Translations under genes and position numbers: made by a program
Assembly: GCA_013239625.1 (NCBI GenBank)
Contig: MU053588.1
Coordinates: 149,988-213,987, forward strand
Source: Lama guanicoe
Taxonomy: Eukaryota
Length of the DNA: 64,000 nucleotides
Reading direction: 5' to 3'
In this document: positions 15,493-27,329 of the stretch, one piece after another
How the letters are laid out: every line of letters starts with the position of its first letter
Position numbering within the stretch: the first letter of the stretch is position 1
Notes under the pieces: model-generated
Databases searched by the model: none
What the model was told of the DNA's origin: nothing
The model's input: the letters and a program-made list of their open reading frames with translations, nothing else

Positions 15493-16090
15493 GATACAGG
15501 CACCCCAATGTACATAGTGGAACTATGACAATAGCCAAGACATGGAAGCAACCGGAATGTCCATCAAAGATGACTGGATAAAGAAGTTGTGGTATAGTTA
15601 TACAATGGAATACTACTCAACCACAGAAAAGAACAACATAATGCCATTTGCAGCAACATGGATGGACCTGGAGATTGTCATTCTAAGTGAAGTAAGACAG
15701 AAAGAGAAAGAAAAACACTATATGATATCACTTATATGTGGAATTTAAAAAAAAAAAGAAAAGGAAAAAGAGGATGCTAATGAACTCATCTGTAAAAGAA
15801 ACAGACTCGTAGACATAGTAAACAATCCTATGGTTACCAGGGGAAAGGGGGTGGGAAGGGATCAATTTGGTAGTTTGAGATTTGCAAATGTTAACCACTA
15901 TATATAAAAATAGATAAAAACCAAATGTCTTCTGTGTAGCACAGGGAACTATATTCAATATCTTGTAATAACCTTTAATGAAAAAGAATATGAAAACAAG
16001 TCTAGTTATTTATATGTATGATTGGGACATTATGCTATACACTAGATATTGACACATTGTAACTGACTATATGTCAAAAAAAAAAAATGA
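15493..16090 (+). mobile_element. Young L1 3' fragment (ORF2 C-terminus + 3'UTR + polyA)
   Basis: ORF 15542-15748 'WIKKLWYSYTMEYYS...MPFAATWMDLE...LICGI' is the L1 ORF2 C-terminus. Imperfect TSD aagaaa..gtttctgtaaa on both sides. Confidence 0.85.
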
Positions 16091-16139
16091 AAAGAAAATT
16101 CGTTTCTGTAAAAACCCAGCTGGACTCTGAGAAAGGCAG

Positions 16140-16392
16140 TTTTATTTATTTATTTATTTATTTATTTATTTTTTTTTTACTTTAAACAATTATTTACTTA
16201 TATATGTATATAATATATATTTTTATTGAAGTGTAGTCAGTTTACAATGTTGTGTACAGCACAATGCTTCAGTCATACATGAACATACATATATTCATTT
16301 TCATACTCTTTTTCACCATAAGTTACTACAAGATATTGAATATAGTTCCCTGTGCTATACAGTATGAACTTGTTGTTTATCTATTTTATATT
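16140..16392 (-). mobile_element. Young L1 3' end with (TTTA)n tail
   Basis: 'ttgaagtgtagtcagtttacaatgttgtg...gttccctgtgctatacag', the same family as 3435 and 10810. Confidence 0.75.
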
Positions 16393-16734
16393 TCATGGCA
16401 CTCTTAAATAAGTTATTTATGGCTCTTTTGATTGAACCCAGTTAGCCATAATTCCCTAACTGTGCAGAATCATCTTTATCAATTATTATCACTTTGGACT
16501 TAATATTCAAGGAAGGCAAACAGAAAACAGCTTCATTTTTGTCTCTTATTGTCACTTTAAATATGCTCAAGTGGTGCTAGATCTTCCCTGATCCTGTTAA
16601 CATTTAATTAGAAATCGTGATTTTTTTCATCACTCCTACTTACTACAAATGATTTCAGCTCAGTAATATAAATATCCAGTCTTCATGGTAGAATGAGAAT
16701 GAAAACTTCTTCCTTTACTTTGATCTGTTTGCAG

Positions 16735-17260
16735 TTTATGGCAAATTGTATTTTCCAAAAATGACTATGACTATACTTTTGTTTCCACATGGTCTTCCAG
16801 AACCTTGCCACTTTCCCATCGGGAAGTGGAGTCCATGTCCCTTCCCTCTGAATCTAGATGGGCCTTTTAAACTGTGAGTACAATGGAAATGATGCCATGT
16901 GATTCTGAGACTAGATATAAGAGGGGATACAGCTTGCATCTGGATCTTTCTTGGGACTCTTGCCTTTAGAACCTTGAGCTGCAATGTAAGAGGTCTGAGG
17001 CTACCGTGCTGTTAAGAAGCTCAAACTAGCCCACACAGAAAAACCACATGGAGAAACCCTGAGATTACTTGAAATAAGAGATATCCAGCTAGTTCCCAAT
17101 TGCTCCTGGAACTTCACACTGTTCCAGGTTCAGCGATCATGAAAAACCAGAGCCAGAACTGTACAGTTAGGCTGTTTCCGAATTCCTAATCCAGAGAAAC
17201 TATGAAAGATAATAAATGATTGCTGTTGTTTGAAACCATTAAACTTGAAAGGCTGGGTAT
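16735..17260 (+). mobile_element. MLT1-type MaLR LTR
   Basis: 'tgtattttccaaaaatg...gtggagtccatgtcccttccctctgaatct...aataaatgattgctgttgtttgaaacc'. Confidence 0.65.
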
Positions 17261-17264
17261 ACAA

Positions 17265-17612
17265 ACAGACAACGCCAGATCATATATGACAATGGAACTC
17301 TGTTCACAAACTCTGCGGCCACCAATTGGTTTCCAAACAGGAAATCAAACAGCAACCTTGGCAGCAATCAGCCCAGAACAGTCAGGATTTGGTCACTAAA
17401 TGCCAGCTTCCCTATTTTTGACCTCTGCTTCCAACTCAGGACAACCGGGGAAAGCCAACTAGAACCCCCAAACCAATCACATAAGATGCACTGTAGTTGG
17501 CCCAGCTTCTCCATGGCAATAACCGCCAATCAGAACATACCTGAAACCTTCCCTTTCTTCACTATAAAGCTTTGCCACTCCTCTGCCTTTGACTCTGCCA
17601 AACACAAGTGTT
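17265..17612 (+). mobile_element. MER54/73/74-like ERVL LTR fragment with CCAAT boxes and TATA
   Basis: CCAAT at 17473 and 17526, TATAAA at 17563, followed by 'gctttgccactcctctgcctttgactctgccaaacacaagtg'. Confidence 0.6.
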
Positions 17613-17969
17613 GACTGTAGTATCAGTAATTTGAAACAACCTAATGACAAGATAAAAATTAATTACAAAAGTGGCATATAGAATTTACAAAATATTCTGG
17701 GAGGACACAAGTTCAATATATATTTGACTTAAAAAGTAGGTTAAGATGACGTAAATATATGAAATGATATAAGCTTAAATATAGCTATGTCTGAATGGGG
17801 AAATTACAGAGGTATTTTGGGTTGTTTTTGGTTTGGTTTTTTTTTTTTTTCCCCTCACTTATTCCTAATTGTAGACGGGAGGAGACACATCCTGGTTTTG
17901 TATTTGTGTGTCCAGACTCCTCTCGCAGGATGTTCCCAGGTGAGACTCCGAGCTCACCTGTTGGCCTCA

Positions 17970-18345
17970 CCACTCCCGCATCGTGCCTTGGGGGAGGGGC
18001 TTGGAGCGCGCCCCGCGCAGGGGCTTCTGGGAGGTGTGGTCCCGCCGTCCGTTCTCGGCGCCTTCTAGCGCCCGGGCATCGGCTGCTGGGCCTTCTGGGT
18101 CCGCCGCGCGGTTGGGCCTCGTTGGTTCCGTGAAACAGCGGCTCGTGAAGGCCCCGTGGCGGCCAGCATGCCCAAGACTCCCAGGCCTGTGGAGGTGAGT
18201 CCTCCAGTTTTACTGGCCGAAGGCGGCGGAAGTAGCCAGGGGTCCCCGGATCGTGCGAAAGGGGAACGGGGAAAACCGAAGGTCTGGGGGATCGCGGAAA
18301 ACCGAAGGTCTGGGGGATCGCGAGGTCTAAGGGGCGACGCAGGGG
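17970..18345 (+). promoter_or_regulatory. CpG-island promoter / exon 1 of the unnamed KRAB-ZNF gene (donor GAG|gtgagt at 18194/18195)
   Basis: CpG-dense and GC-rich, with GC boxes, ETS-like CGGAAGT (~18226) and a consensus 5' splice site. Confidence 0.75.
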
Positions 18346-19427
18346 ACATCTTGGTTTTATTGAAGTGAGGGTGGATGGCTGCGACTGTGTGTCTCCAGGC
18401 ATCCTTGGGTTGGGGGGTTGGAGACAGGGCTCTTTGGATTTAGGGGACAGCCCACTTTGGTTTGGGGAGAAGGCAATGAGGCAGGGTCCAGGGGTTTAGT
18501 GGGAGCTTCCCGGGCTGTATGTTCTTAGGTGTTTGTAGGGGCGGCTAGATCTGTGCATTCTCAGGTTGGGGAGATGTGGGGAGAAGTTAGGAAGTGGGTG
18601 CCCCTGGGTTTGGGATGTAGTGGGGGTTTTGAGTCTTGGTCTTTAGGGTGACAGTGTGTTTTGGCTTTCCTGGATTTGGAGGTGTGACTTGGACTTTGAG
18701 GTGAGGGAACAGAGTCTTGTATCTCCACTTTTGTTGTAGATGCTCCCATGAGACCACCTTCACCTCTGACTCAGAGGGCTTTTTCTATAAGTGAGCCAAG
18801 GGGTGTGTTATCAGAGCGATGGGCAGACGGCCCTTGACACCAGGGTGGGCTGTTCCCCCAGCCAGGCCTGCTGTGAATTGCCGAAGGACTGCCGCCACTT
18901 TGCATCTGAGAAACCCCAGAGCTCAAAGGGTCAGCAGCTTCTCTAAGCTCCCAGGTGCTGTGGAGTTAAATGACCTTCTCCTGGGAACTTGCCTCTGGGG
19001 TAGCAAAGCCAGGAGTATCACTCCTATAATCACCTCCTTATCTGCAAAAGAGAATTCTCCATACTCTTGGCCAGTAAAGGCTGTAGGGGAGTTGTTTTTC
19101 CTTTGTCGTCTCAGTGGAAGTTAGAGTCCCAGGTGTTAAAGGTGGCGCTGTCCCAGTTGTGAATTTGGTATCACAGGTAACAGCTGTATCTCTACAAAGC
19201 CCCTCTGAGTGCAGAGGCTGCAGGATGTGCATGCTCTATGTTTTCCTTGGTCCTGTAGGTCAAGGTTGGCTCCTGACTCTTTTCTTTTCCTTTAGATTTA
19301 AGAGTGGATCTGCAGAGATTGGGTATGAGGATTTCTGGCATGTGACCCAGTCCTCACTGCTCCTGGTTCCCTATTCTGCCCTCTTTGGAATCTTCTGGCC
19401 CTGAGAGATATGCGAAAAGAGGAGAAA

Positions 19428-19460
19428 ATGGCCCCTGAGTTCCTGGCAGCAAGACCCCCA
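19428..19460 (+). CDS. Candidate start exon of the unnamed KRAB-ZNF (exon 19296-19460; MAPEFLAARPP)
   Basis: Acceptor ttttcttttcctttag|, AAAATGG Kozak context, 33 coding nt, phase-0 donor |gtgagt. Typical pre-KRAB exon. There is an in-frame upstream ATG at 19410. Confidence 0.6.
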
Positions 19461-19878
19461 GTGAGTGGGATTTAACCTTTTTTACGCAGTAATTTCTGTC
19501 CTGTTAGATGACGTGTTTATTCACTGCCTCAAAGCGCCTCAAAGCTCTAAGACAAACATGGAACTTGGGGAACTTGGTGCAGGTTTGGGAAACTCTAGAG
19601 GAAAGCCCACTCTCCCTCCTCAGTTTACCCCCATCTTTCCCCCATCACTGTGTGCTCTTGGCACACCTTAACCTTTGCCCCTACTTTCCATTGATTTAGT
19701 CCACAAATGGTTTAGCCTTCCTTCCACATGCCCCGATGTGTGTTATGTGCATTGAGAAGTACTGTCTTTCCTCGGGGGCTTGTAGACCTTGTTGAGGGTT
19801 TGGGGTTTTTTTGGTTTGTTTTTGTTTGTTTGCTTGTTCTTCCCTTACTGCAGTGGATTTTAAAATGTCAGTGGAAAT

Positions 19879-20020
19879 GGAGAGGATGTAGCTCAGTGGT
19901 AGAGTTCATGCTTAGCATGCTCAGGGTCCTGGGTTCAATCCCTAGGACCTCGTTAAAATAATTAAGTAATTAAATCAATATAATTACCTCCTCCCAAAAA
20001 ACAAAAACAATAAAAAAAAA
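19879..20020 (+). mobile_element. tRNA-derived SINE (Vic-1-like)
   Basis: A box tagctcagtgg, B box ggttcaatcc, AT-rich tail, polyA, TSD gtcagtgg. Confidence 0.85.
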
Positions 20021-20539
20021 GTCAGTGGTATTAAATTAACAAGAATTGCAAGAATAATACAACTAATACCTGTGTATCTTTCATTCACATCCATCAATTG
20101 CCAGCTTTTTGCCACAGTTACTTTACTTCCACCTCTATGTGTATATTCGTCATTTTCAGAATCATTTGAGAGTAAGTTGCAGACATTATGTTTCTTAGCC
20201 CTAATTACTTCAGCATGCATCTCCTAAAAACAAGGACAGTCCCTTAAATAATCATAGTATAATTCAGGAAATTTGACATTGATACAGTACTATCGTCTAA
20301 TGCCCAGCCTACAAGCAAAATTTGCCGGTTGTCCTAATAAGTTTCTTTAGGGCTTTTCTGCCTCTTTGTTACCTCTCTTTAGTCTCCTTTTTTTTTTAAT
20401 TAAAAAAATTTTGTTTTTCATCAATTTCATTTCATTGACCTGCAAATTCTTTAGTCTTCTTTAATCTGGGACACTTTCTCAGTGTTTCTTTGTCTTTATT
20501 GCTCTTTTGAAGATCAGTACATTTACATATACATTTTTT

Positions 20540-21110
20540 AATATTATTATTTTTATTTAAGGGGGAGATTATTAGGTTTATTTTTTTTAATGGAGTTATT
20601 GGGGATTGAACCTAGGACCTTCAATAACATATTGTTTAATCTCCATGCTTTCCTTTTTTTTCTCCTTTGTTTCTCTGTTGTTGATTTCCAGTTTCATGGC
20701 ATTGTGGTCAGTAAAGATGCTTGAGATAATTTCTATCTTCTTAAAATTGTTGAGGTTTCTTTTGTGCCCAAGTACATGATCGATCCTGGAAAATGTTCCA
20801 TGTGCACTTGAAAAGAAAGTATATCCTATTTTTTTGTGGGTGTAATGCTCTGAAAATATCCTCCAAATCTAGTTTTTCTATTGTATTATTTAATTTCTCT
20901 GTTGCCTTGTTTATTTTCTGTCTGGAAGATCTGTCTAGTGATGTTAATGCAGTGTTAAAATCTCCAACTATGATTGTATTCCCATCAATATCCCCCTTTA
21001 TCTCTGTTAGTAATTGTTCTATGTACTTAGGTGCTCCTATATTGGGTGCATTGAACCTAGGACCTTGTGTCTGCTAGGCATGTGCTCTACCACTTGAGCT
21101 ATATCCTCCC
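20540..21110 (-). mobile_element. Vic-1-like SINE split by an L1 fragment
   Basis: SINE tail half 20540-20621 and head half 21050-21110. Outer TSD ttacatat(a/g)cattttt. Confidence 0.85.
20622..21049 (-). mobile_element. Internal L1 ORF2 endonuclease-domain fragment, no 3'UTR or polyA, 17-bp TSD
   Basis: Translates (2 frameshifts in A-runs) APNIGAPKYI...IVGDFNTAL...TFSRIDHVLGH...FTDHNAMKLEIN...WRLNNMLL. TSD attgaacctaggacctt at 20605-20621 and 21050-21066. Confidence 0.9.
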
Positions 21111-21884
21111 CTTACATATGCATTTTTAAAGAGTACAGGCTAGTTATTTGTAGAACGTTCCTTGAGTTGAATTTGTCTGTTGGTTTTTCATGATTAAATT
21201 CAGGTTATACACTTTTGGCAGGAAGAACACAGAAGTGATGTGTCCTCAGTGTGTCATATCAGATGGCACATAATATTGATTTGTTTCATTATGATACTAA
21301 CTTTAATCACTTAATTATCTCCACTGTAAAGTTTCCATTTGGGAATTGGAGAGGAAAGGAACAGACCTCTTAAGCTGGCTGTTACTATCGTGTGGAAGGC
21401 ATGTCAAAGTGGGAGACAGAGAGGGAGTAGAATGTCACATAGAAGACTATCACAGTCATCCATGTAAGAGAATTGTGTCCTGGACCAGGGTGTTGGCAGT
21501 GAAGATGGAATGAAACAAAAATATTCAAGAGCTGTATGGAAAGTAAAAATCAATGAGATTAGTTTGTTAATTGAGGGAGATGTCAGCTCTGGATTTCTGA
21601 GTTTTGTAACTACATGGATGGTGGTGTGATTTTCTGAGATAGGAAGTAGAGAGGGCACCAGATTTTGGCAGGTGTGTGTGAAAATGAGGACTCAGTGTGT
21701 CAGAATCCCAGAAAGAAACATAACATACTCATAAGGAATGAGCAAGGAAACTTTCCTGAAGGGACTATTTATAAGGGTTTCAGAGACCATTGTGGGGTGG
21801 TTTCAACATCCCTGGATTAGCAACATAATGGAGACTTTACCACCACAGGCTGGAATGGTTAGGAAAAAGAGCGGTTCCTGGAAC

Positions 21885-23250
21885 CTGGTTTCTTCTTTGA
21901 CCCTTTGGTTCTTTAGGAATATGTTGTTTAACTTACACATATTTGTGAGTTTTCTAAATGTTTTCCCATTATTGATTTCTAATTTCATTCCATTGTGTTC
22001 AAAGAACATAAAGTTTGCATTTTTTCTATAATTTTAAATTAATGAAGATGTGTTTTATGGCCTAGCATATGTTCTATCCTGGAGAATGTTCCATGTACTT
22101 GAAAGTTCCAATATACTTGAAAAGACTATATATTCTGTTGCTGGCTAGAGTGTTCAGTATGTGTTTGCTAGGTCTAGTTGGTTTATAGTTTTCTTCAGGT
22201 CTTCTGTGTCCTTGTTGATCTGCTTAGTTGTTTGATCTGTTGTTGAAGATGAGGTATCAAAGTCTCCAATTATTGGGTTTCAAAGTCTCCAACTTTCATT
22301 ATTAAATTATCTACTTCTCCCTTTGTTTCTGTCAGTTTTTGTTTCATGGATTGTAGTGCTCTGTTACTCAATGCATCTGTCTTTATAAACATTATACCTT
22401 ACTGGTGGGTTGACCCTCTTATCATTGTAAAATGTCCCACTTTATCTCCAGTAGCAGATTTTGTTTGAAGTATATTTTGTCTGATGCTAGTATAGCCACC
22501 CCGGCTTGCTGTGATTACTGTTCGTGTGCTGTGAATATCTTTTTCCATCTTTTAACTTACAAACACTTTGTATGTTTGAATCTGCAGTGTGTCTCCTGCA
22601 GATAGGGACTAGCTGACCCATAATTGTTTTTTTAAATCTAGTCTGACGACTTTTACCCTTAGATTGAATTTTTAAAAACATGCACATTTAATGTTGATGT
22701 AGTTGCACTGACGTGTGTCATTTTACTTACATTTTCTATATGTCTCAGGTCTTAGTTCTTCTATTCCTCTTTTAGTTTTCTCTGCATTAAGTGGGTATTT
22801 TCTAAGGTAGCATTTTAGTTTCTTTAATTATTTTTTCATTATTTGAGTTCAATTTTTGCTTGCTTTGAGGCTTCCCAAATACATCTTATTTAAATCAGCA
22901 TTCAATTTATACTAGCTTAATTCTAGTGATACATAGAAACCTTACTACTTAATAGCTCTATTTGCTTTTTCTTCCTTTTTTGTCTCGTTATTGTTATGCA
23001 TGTTACATCTATTAATGTGACAAGCTCATCGGTAATAATTTACCCTCTGTAACAGTTTACTTTACGGTCTGTAATAATTCCCTAACTCCAATATAGCTTC
23101 GCTCTTACTTTCTTTGTGCCATTATTGGCATGAAGTGTATACACATGTTATATTTCTAAGTTACAGGCCCAGCGATTCATTATATGCACGCTATTTAGTA
23201 TGACTGCATTTTAAGTCAGTTAAGAGAGGAGAGGAGAAAAATATGCTGTT
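21885..23250 (-). mobile_element. Older L1 ORF2 5'/EN region and upstream sequence
   Basis: ORF 21803-22009 'HNGMKLEINN...KLNNIFLKNQRVKEE' and 22487-22687 'LKDGKRYSQHTNSN' are L1 ORF2-like. Confidence 0.75.
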
Positions 23251-23269
23251 AAAAATAATAATTTATATG

Positions 23270-23690
23270 TTTATTTATTTAATTGAAGTATAGTTGATGT
23301 ATAATGTCATGTGTTACAGGTGTACAGTATAGTGATTCAGTTTTTAATGGTTATATTCCATTCATAGTTATTATAAAATATTAGCTGTATTTGCTGTGTT
23401 GTACAATATATTCTTTTCTCTTTTTTTTTGTAGGGAGGCAGTAATTAGGTTTATTTATTTATTTATTTTTAACAGAGGTACTGGGGATTGAATCCAGGAC
23501 CTCGTGCATGCTAAGCATGCACTCTACCACTGAGCTGTACCCTCCCTGCCTTGTAGTTTATTTTATACATAATAGTTTGTCCCTCTTAATTCCCTGCCTC
23601 TAAATTGCCCCTCCCCCTTACCTCTCCCCACTGGTAACCAGTAGTTTGTTCTCTATATCTGTGAGTCTGTTTCTGTTTTGTTATATTCAC
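23270..23690 (-). mobile_element. L1 3' end containing a nested Vic-1-like SINE (~23415-23548)
   Basis: 'aattgaagtatagttgat...ctggtaaccagtagtttgttctctatatctgtgagtctg' with the SINE 'ggggattgaatccaggacctcgtgcatgctaagcatgcactctaccactgagct'. Confidence 0.8.
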
Positions 23691-24559
23691 AGACTGTACA
23701 ACACCAAGAGCAAAAGAACTTGATATAAACTATGGACTTTGGGTGACTATAATGTGTCAATGTAGGTTCATCAGTTGTATGAAATGTACCATTACGGTGG
23801 AGGATGTTGATAACGGGGTAGCTGATGCAATGTGAGTAAGGTTGTGGGGGCAGGGGTTATATGCGAAACCTCTGTACTTTCCCCTCAGTTTTGCTGTGAA
23901 TCTGAAACTGCTCTAGAAAATGGGAGGTGTTTTTGGTTTGTTTGTTTGTTTAAGTGTAGCAGGGATTGTCTCCAGGGAGGAGAGGGAAACTTGTCACTAT
24001 ATGTACTTTTACACATGTAGACACATAGTATGTGTAATACTTTTTCAAAAATAAAAAAATTAAAATTCTTAGAAAAAAAAGGCTATTTGAACAAAAAGGA
24101 ATTTAGGAAAATGATAGTTTAGACAGCAAATTTACAAAAATGAAGAGTCTTTTTATATTAGCCATAACTGAATTAGGAAATTAATGGAGGAGAACAGTTT
24201 CTATTCACAAAAGCAACAAAAATATCCAACACATTGCCTTGAACCTAAGAAAAAACATGCAAGGCTTTTAAAAAGAATATAACAAAACTCCCTAAGAGAC
24301 AAGAACATTACCCATTGTTCTCAGATTTTAAGAGATGATTTAAAGTTCCAGGTGTCTTTGGAACAATATAAAATGGTTTTAAGCTAAGAATCATTATGGA
24401 AAAATCGATGTTGCAGAACTGACTGGAAAAATTCATGTGTATAACACACGTAAATTTTTATCAGTGCCAAGAATATACTGTTTGTAAAGTACATGAGCAT
24501 TTAGTAAGCGCTTACGTTCATCACTCTCCATGTGTTGTGGATTTTAGATCTAGATAGCT

Positions 24560-24670
24560 TTTTTAAAATTTTTATTTTATTTATTTATTTTTAATGGAGG
24601 GACAGGGGATTGAACCCAGGACCTTGTGCGTGCTAGGCACGCTCTCTACCTCTGAGCTATACCCTCCCCA
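24560..24670 (-). mobile_element. Vic-1-like SINE
   Basis: 'ggggattgaacccaggaccttgtgcgtgctaggcacgctctctacctctgagctataccctcccc'. Confidence 0.85.
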
Positions 24671-26735
24671 ACCAGGTAGTTTTTTGTACTGAGTTAGAAG
24701 TGCAAAAGAACAGTATAAAAGATAGTAATAGTAGTAAAATCTCGTTTATAAATCAAGAAGTGGTGGACTGTGTCAGGGCCCTTTGGCATTTTTCAGAGTA
24801 CTTACTTTTTAAAGGCTTTCATTACAAATGTTAATGAACACAAGGCAGTTAGATAATTTTTGGAAGTCTAGAAAAGATAGAAGAAACTCATAATTCTACC
24901 AGTTTTCAATGAAAAAATAGAAAGTAGAAAGTGAAAGGGCCCCCATTTCTCCAAAAGTAACCATTGTAAACAACTTGTTTCTTTCCAGAAATTTTTTTTG
25001 CATTTGTTCCTAAACCCACACATAGATGTACCTACGGTTTTTGAAGTGAAAATGTTAATAATCTGCAACTTGCATTTTTTTGTTTAAACATTGTAACATG
25101 GATTTCTTTCTGAGGTTATCTTCTCTTTAAATTTATAATGTTATCTTCTCTTTAAAGAAAATTTTAAAACTGCATGTTATCGCATAACTTTGCTAACTAC
25201 AGTTTTTAAGAATCACTGTAACTTTTAAAATTTTGCAAAAATTTTTAAGTGAGATGTAAATTGTGTACAATAAATTGCATAAATCTTAAGGTACCTTGAT
25301 GAATTTAAACATACACAACATTGAAATCACCACCAAATAATTATGCAGAATATTCTGTCACCTTACAGAGTTCCCTTTGTGCCCATTCCCAGTCAGTTTC
25401 CACCATAAGCAACCACTGTTTCTGATTAATTTTGCCTATTCTAGACTTGTGTAACTACAGTTTGTACTCCCTTCACTCAGCGTAATATCTCTGAGATTCA
25501 TCCAACTGTCACCTTAACGTTTAGTTTTTCACTTCTTATTCCATAGTTTGTTTTAAAACAGAATAGCATAATATTTCACTTGTTAAAAATAGTGGAATAT
25601 AATTGGATATAAAGTTGAACATGAAATTATTCTGTGTCCAATTTCCCATCCAATGCTTTGAGAATCATTTACACTTATGTAAAATAGTCATACTTTAAGA
25701 ACACTTACAGAAGTGAATCTTAACAGAGTTTGGCTGCCTTTGTAAAGTTATACTAAAGTTGTCTGTCTTTGTCAATATATACAGAACTGCCTTATTCTTT
25801 AGCAGATATTTGGTATTGTGTGGTCCAGTGTGAATACACTTTCAGTGTCACAAATGTGACTACAATAAACATCTCTGCACTCATATCTTCATGCTCTTGT
25901 ACAAGTCTTACATGTAGACTCGAAACTATGGGACCAAAGGTGTTCTGTATATCAAAAAAACATTTTTTTAGTGATCTGAATTTTTTGTATTGAGGATTGA
26001 CATATTATAAATTGCACATATTTACAGTGTTCAATTTGATATATTTTGACATTTTTATACATTCATGAAACCATCATCTCAGTCAAGATAATGAATGTAT
26101 CTTATCACCCCCAAAAGTTTCCTTGTTCACTTTTGTAACCCCTGCCTCCTAACCCTCCCTGCCCCTTCAGTTTGATGGATACCATCAAATTGCTCCCCCT
26201 AGAAGACTGTACCTACTTATGTTCTAACAGCACATAAGACTGATCATTTTCCCATGGCCTCACAGGTGATAAGGTTTTCAGATTTTAAAACACTTACTGG
26301 TCTAATAGCAAAAAAGAGGAATTCAAGAATTTCACTGGTTTGCCTTTTGAGAATTGCGGATTTATATCCCAAAGTGGGAGAATTCCAGGAAAGCTTCACA
26401 GAAGAGGCAGCATTTGCTGCCCTGGGGCTTGATCAACCTGTGAAGCTACAGTCCTGAGAAAGTCAGAGCTGGGGCCCCCTAGGAAGTGGGGTCATGTCTT
26501 ATACACAGTGGGTACTTAATAAATGGTTATCACCTTCACTGTGCTTTAGTTTAGTTAGCTGTGCTCTCACTTAAATAGAGAAGCCCAGGACCCAGCCTGA
26601 AGTCTGGACTGCTGGGACATCTCTCCTGCTACAGGAACAAAGCAGCTGCCTGAGCATGAAGGCCGCGGGACGCCCCCCACGAGTTCCACCTTTGGCAGAG
26701 ACAACACCTCCTGAAACTCCCTCTGGATGTTCCAG

Positions 26736-26868
26736 GTGGAGTTTGGACAGGCTGCAGAGAGTTTCCCCCAGCAGAGCCACTGGGGCTCAGGGGATTGCCT
26801 TCCTAACAGGGAGGGCAAGATGTGGGAACATGTAGAAGCTGGAGCCACCTCAGAGTCTAAGGGGAACG
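26736..26868 (+). CDS. Possible phase0-phase1 linker exon of the unnamed KRAB-ZNF (VEFGQAAESFPQQSHWG...SESKGN)
   Basis: ttccag|GTG ... AACG|gtgaga; 133 bp, open, phases bridge exon 19428-19460 to exon 27125-27183. The acceptor is only moderate. Confidence 0.35.
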
Positions 26869-27124
26869 GTGAGAGTTAAATTGTTACCGGGCACTTAGTA
26901 GGTATGCAGTAAATTTTTGGAAAGAGGGAGGGAAAATGTGTCTGGGTGGAAGGACCACCTGTAAAAGTAGAAAGAAAAAGCTTTGTCGGGGAGGGCATGG
27001 CCGGTAATGGTAAACAAGGACCCGTGTTACCAGCTGAATACAACGTGCCCCCTTCTCCCTTCCTGGTAACTAAGATGCTCAGTGAGTCAGGTTCACTTTT
27101 CACTGCTTCTTTCTTCTTCCCCAG

Positions 27125-27183
27125 CACTGCCTTCTGAGGGCTCTGCCCTTCTTCAGGAAGAGGAGGAAATGCCCAAATTACAG
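27125..27183 (+). CDS. Pre-KRAB exon of the unnamed KRAB-ZNF (ALPSEGSALLQEEEEMPKLQ; ATG at 27169)
   Basis: Strong acceptor cttctttcttcttccccag| and perfect donor CAG|gtaagt. [13 protein letters not shown] resembles the MTKFQE-VTFKDV starts of KRAB-ZNFs. Confidence 0.75.
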
Positions 27184-27329
27184 GTAAGTTAGAATCCACC
27201 TTCTCTCCCTGGAAATATCACCGACACACCTCCTGTTGATACTGGGGAAAGAGAGCAAAATAACGCATATATTGTGCTGGCCCTGGGCTAGACATATACT
27301 ACTCCAGTTTCTCAAAAAATAGTTGTCTG

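Noticed and set aside
17785..18402. 205-aa minus-strand ORF and other ORFs in the CpG islands at 18, 39 and 45-46 kb
   Set aside because: Pro/Arg/Gly-rich ORFs expected by chance in GC-rich DNA; no domain.
19879..19955. tRNA-like sequence
   Set aside because: SINE head followed by an AT-rich tail, polyA and TSD, with several diverged copies in the window; not a tRNA gene.
25115..25156. 17-bp direct repeat gttatcttctctttaaa with an 8-bp spacer
   Set aside because: Small local duplication in AT-rich intronic sequence; no functional indication.
26579..26868. Longer version of the linker exon using the acceptor at 26578
   Set aside because: 290 bp with a stop in every frame before the donor; not coding as it stands.
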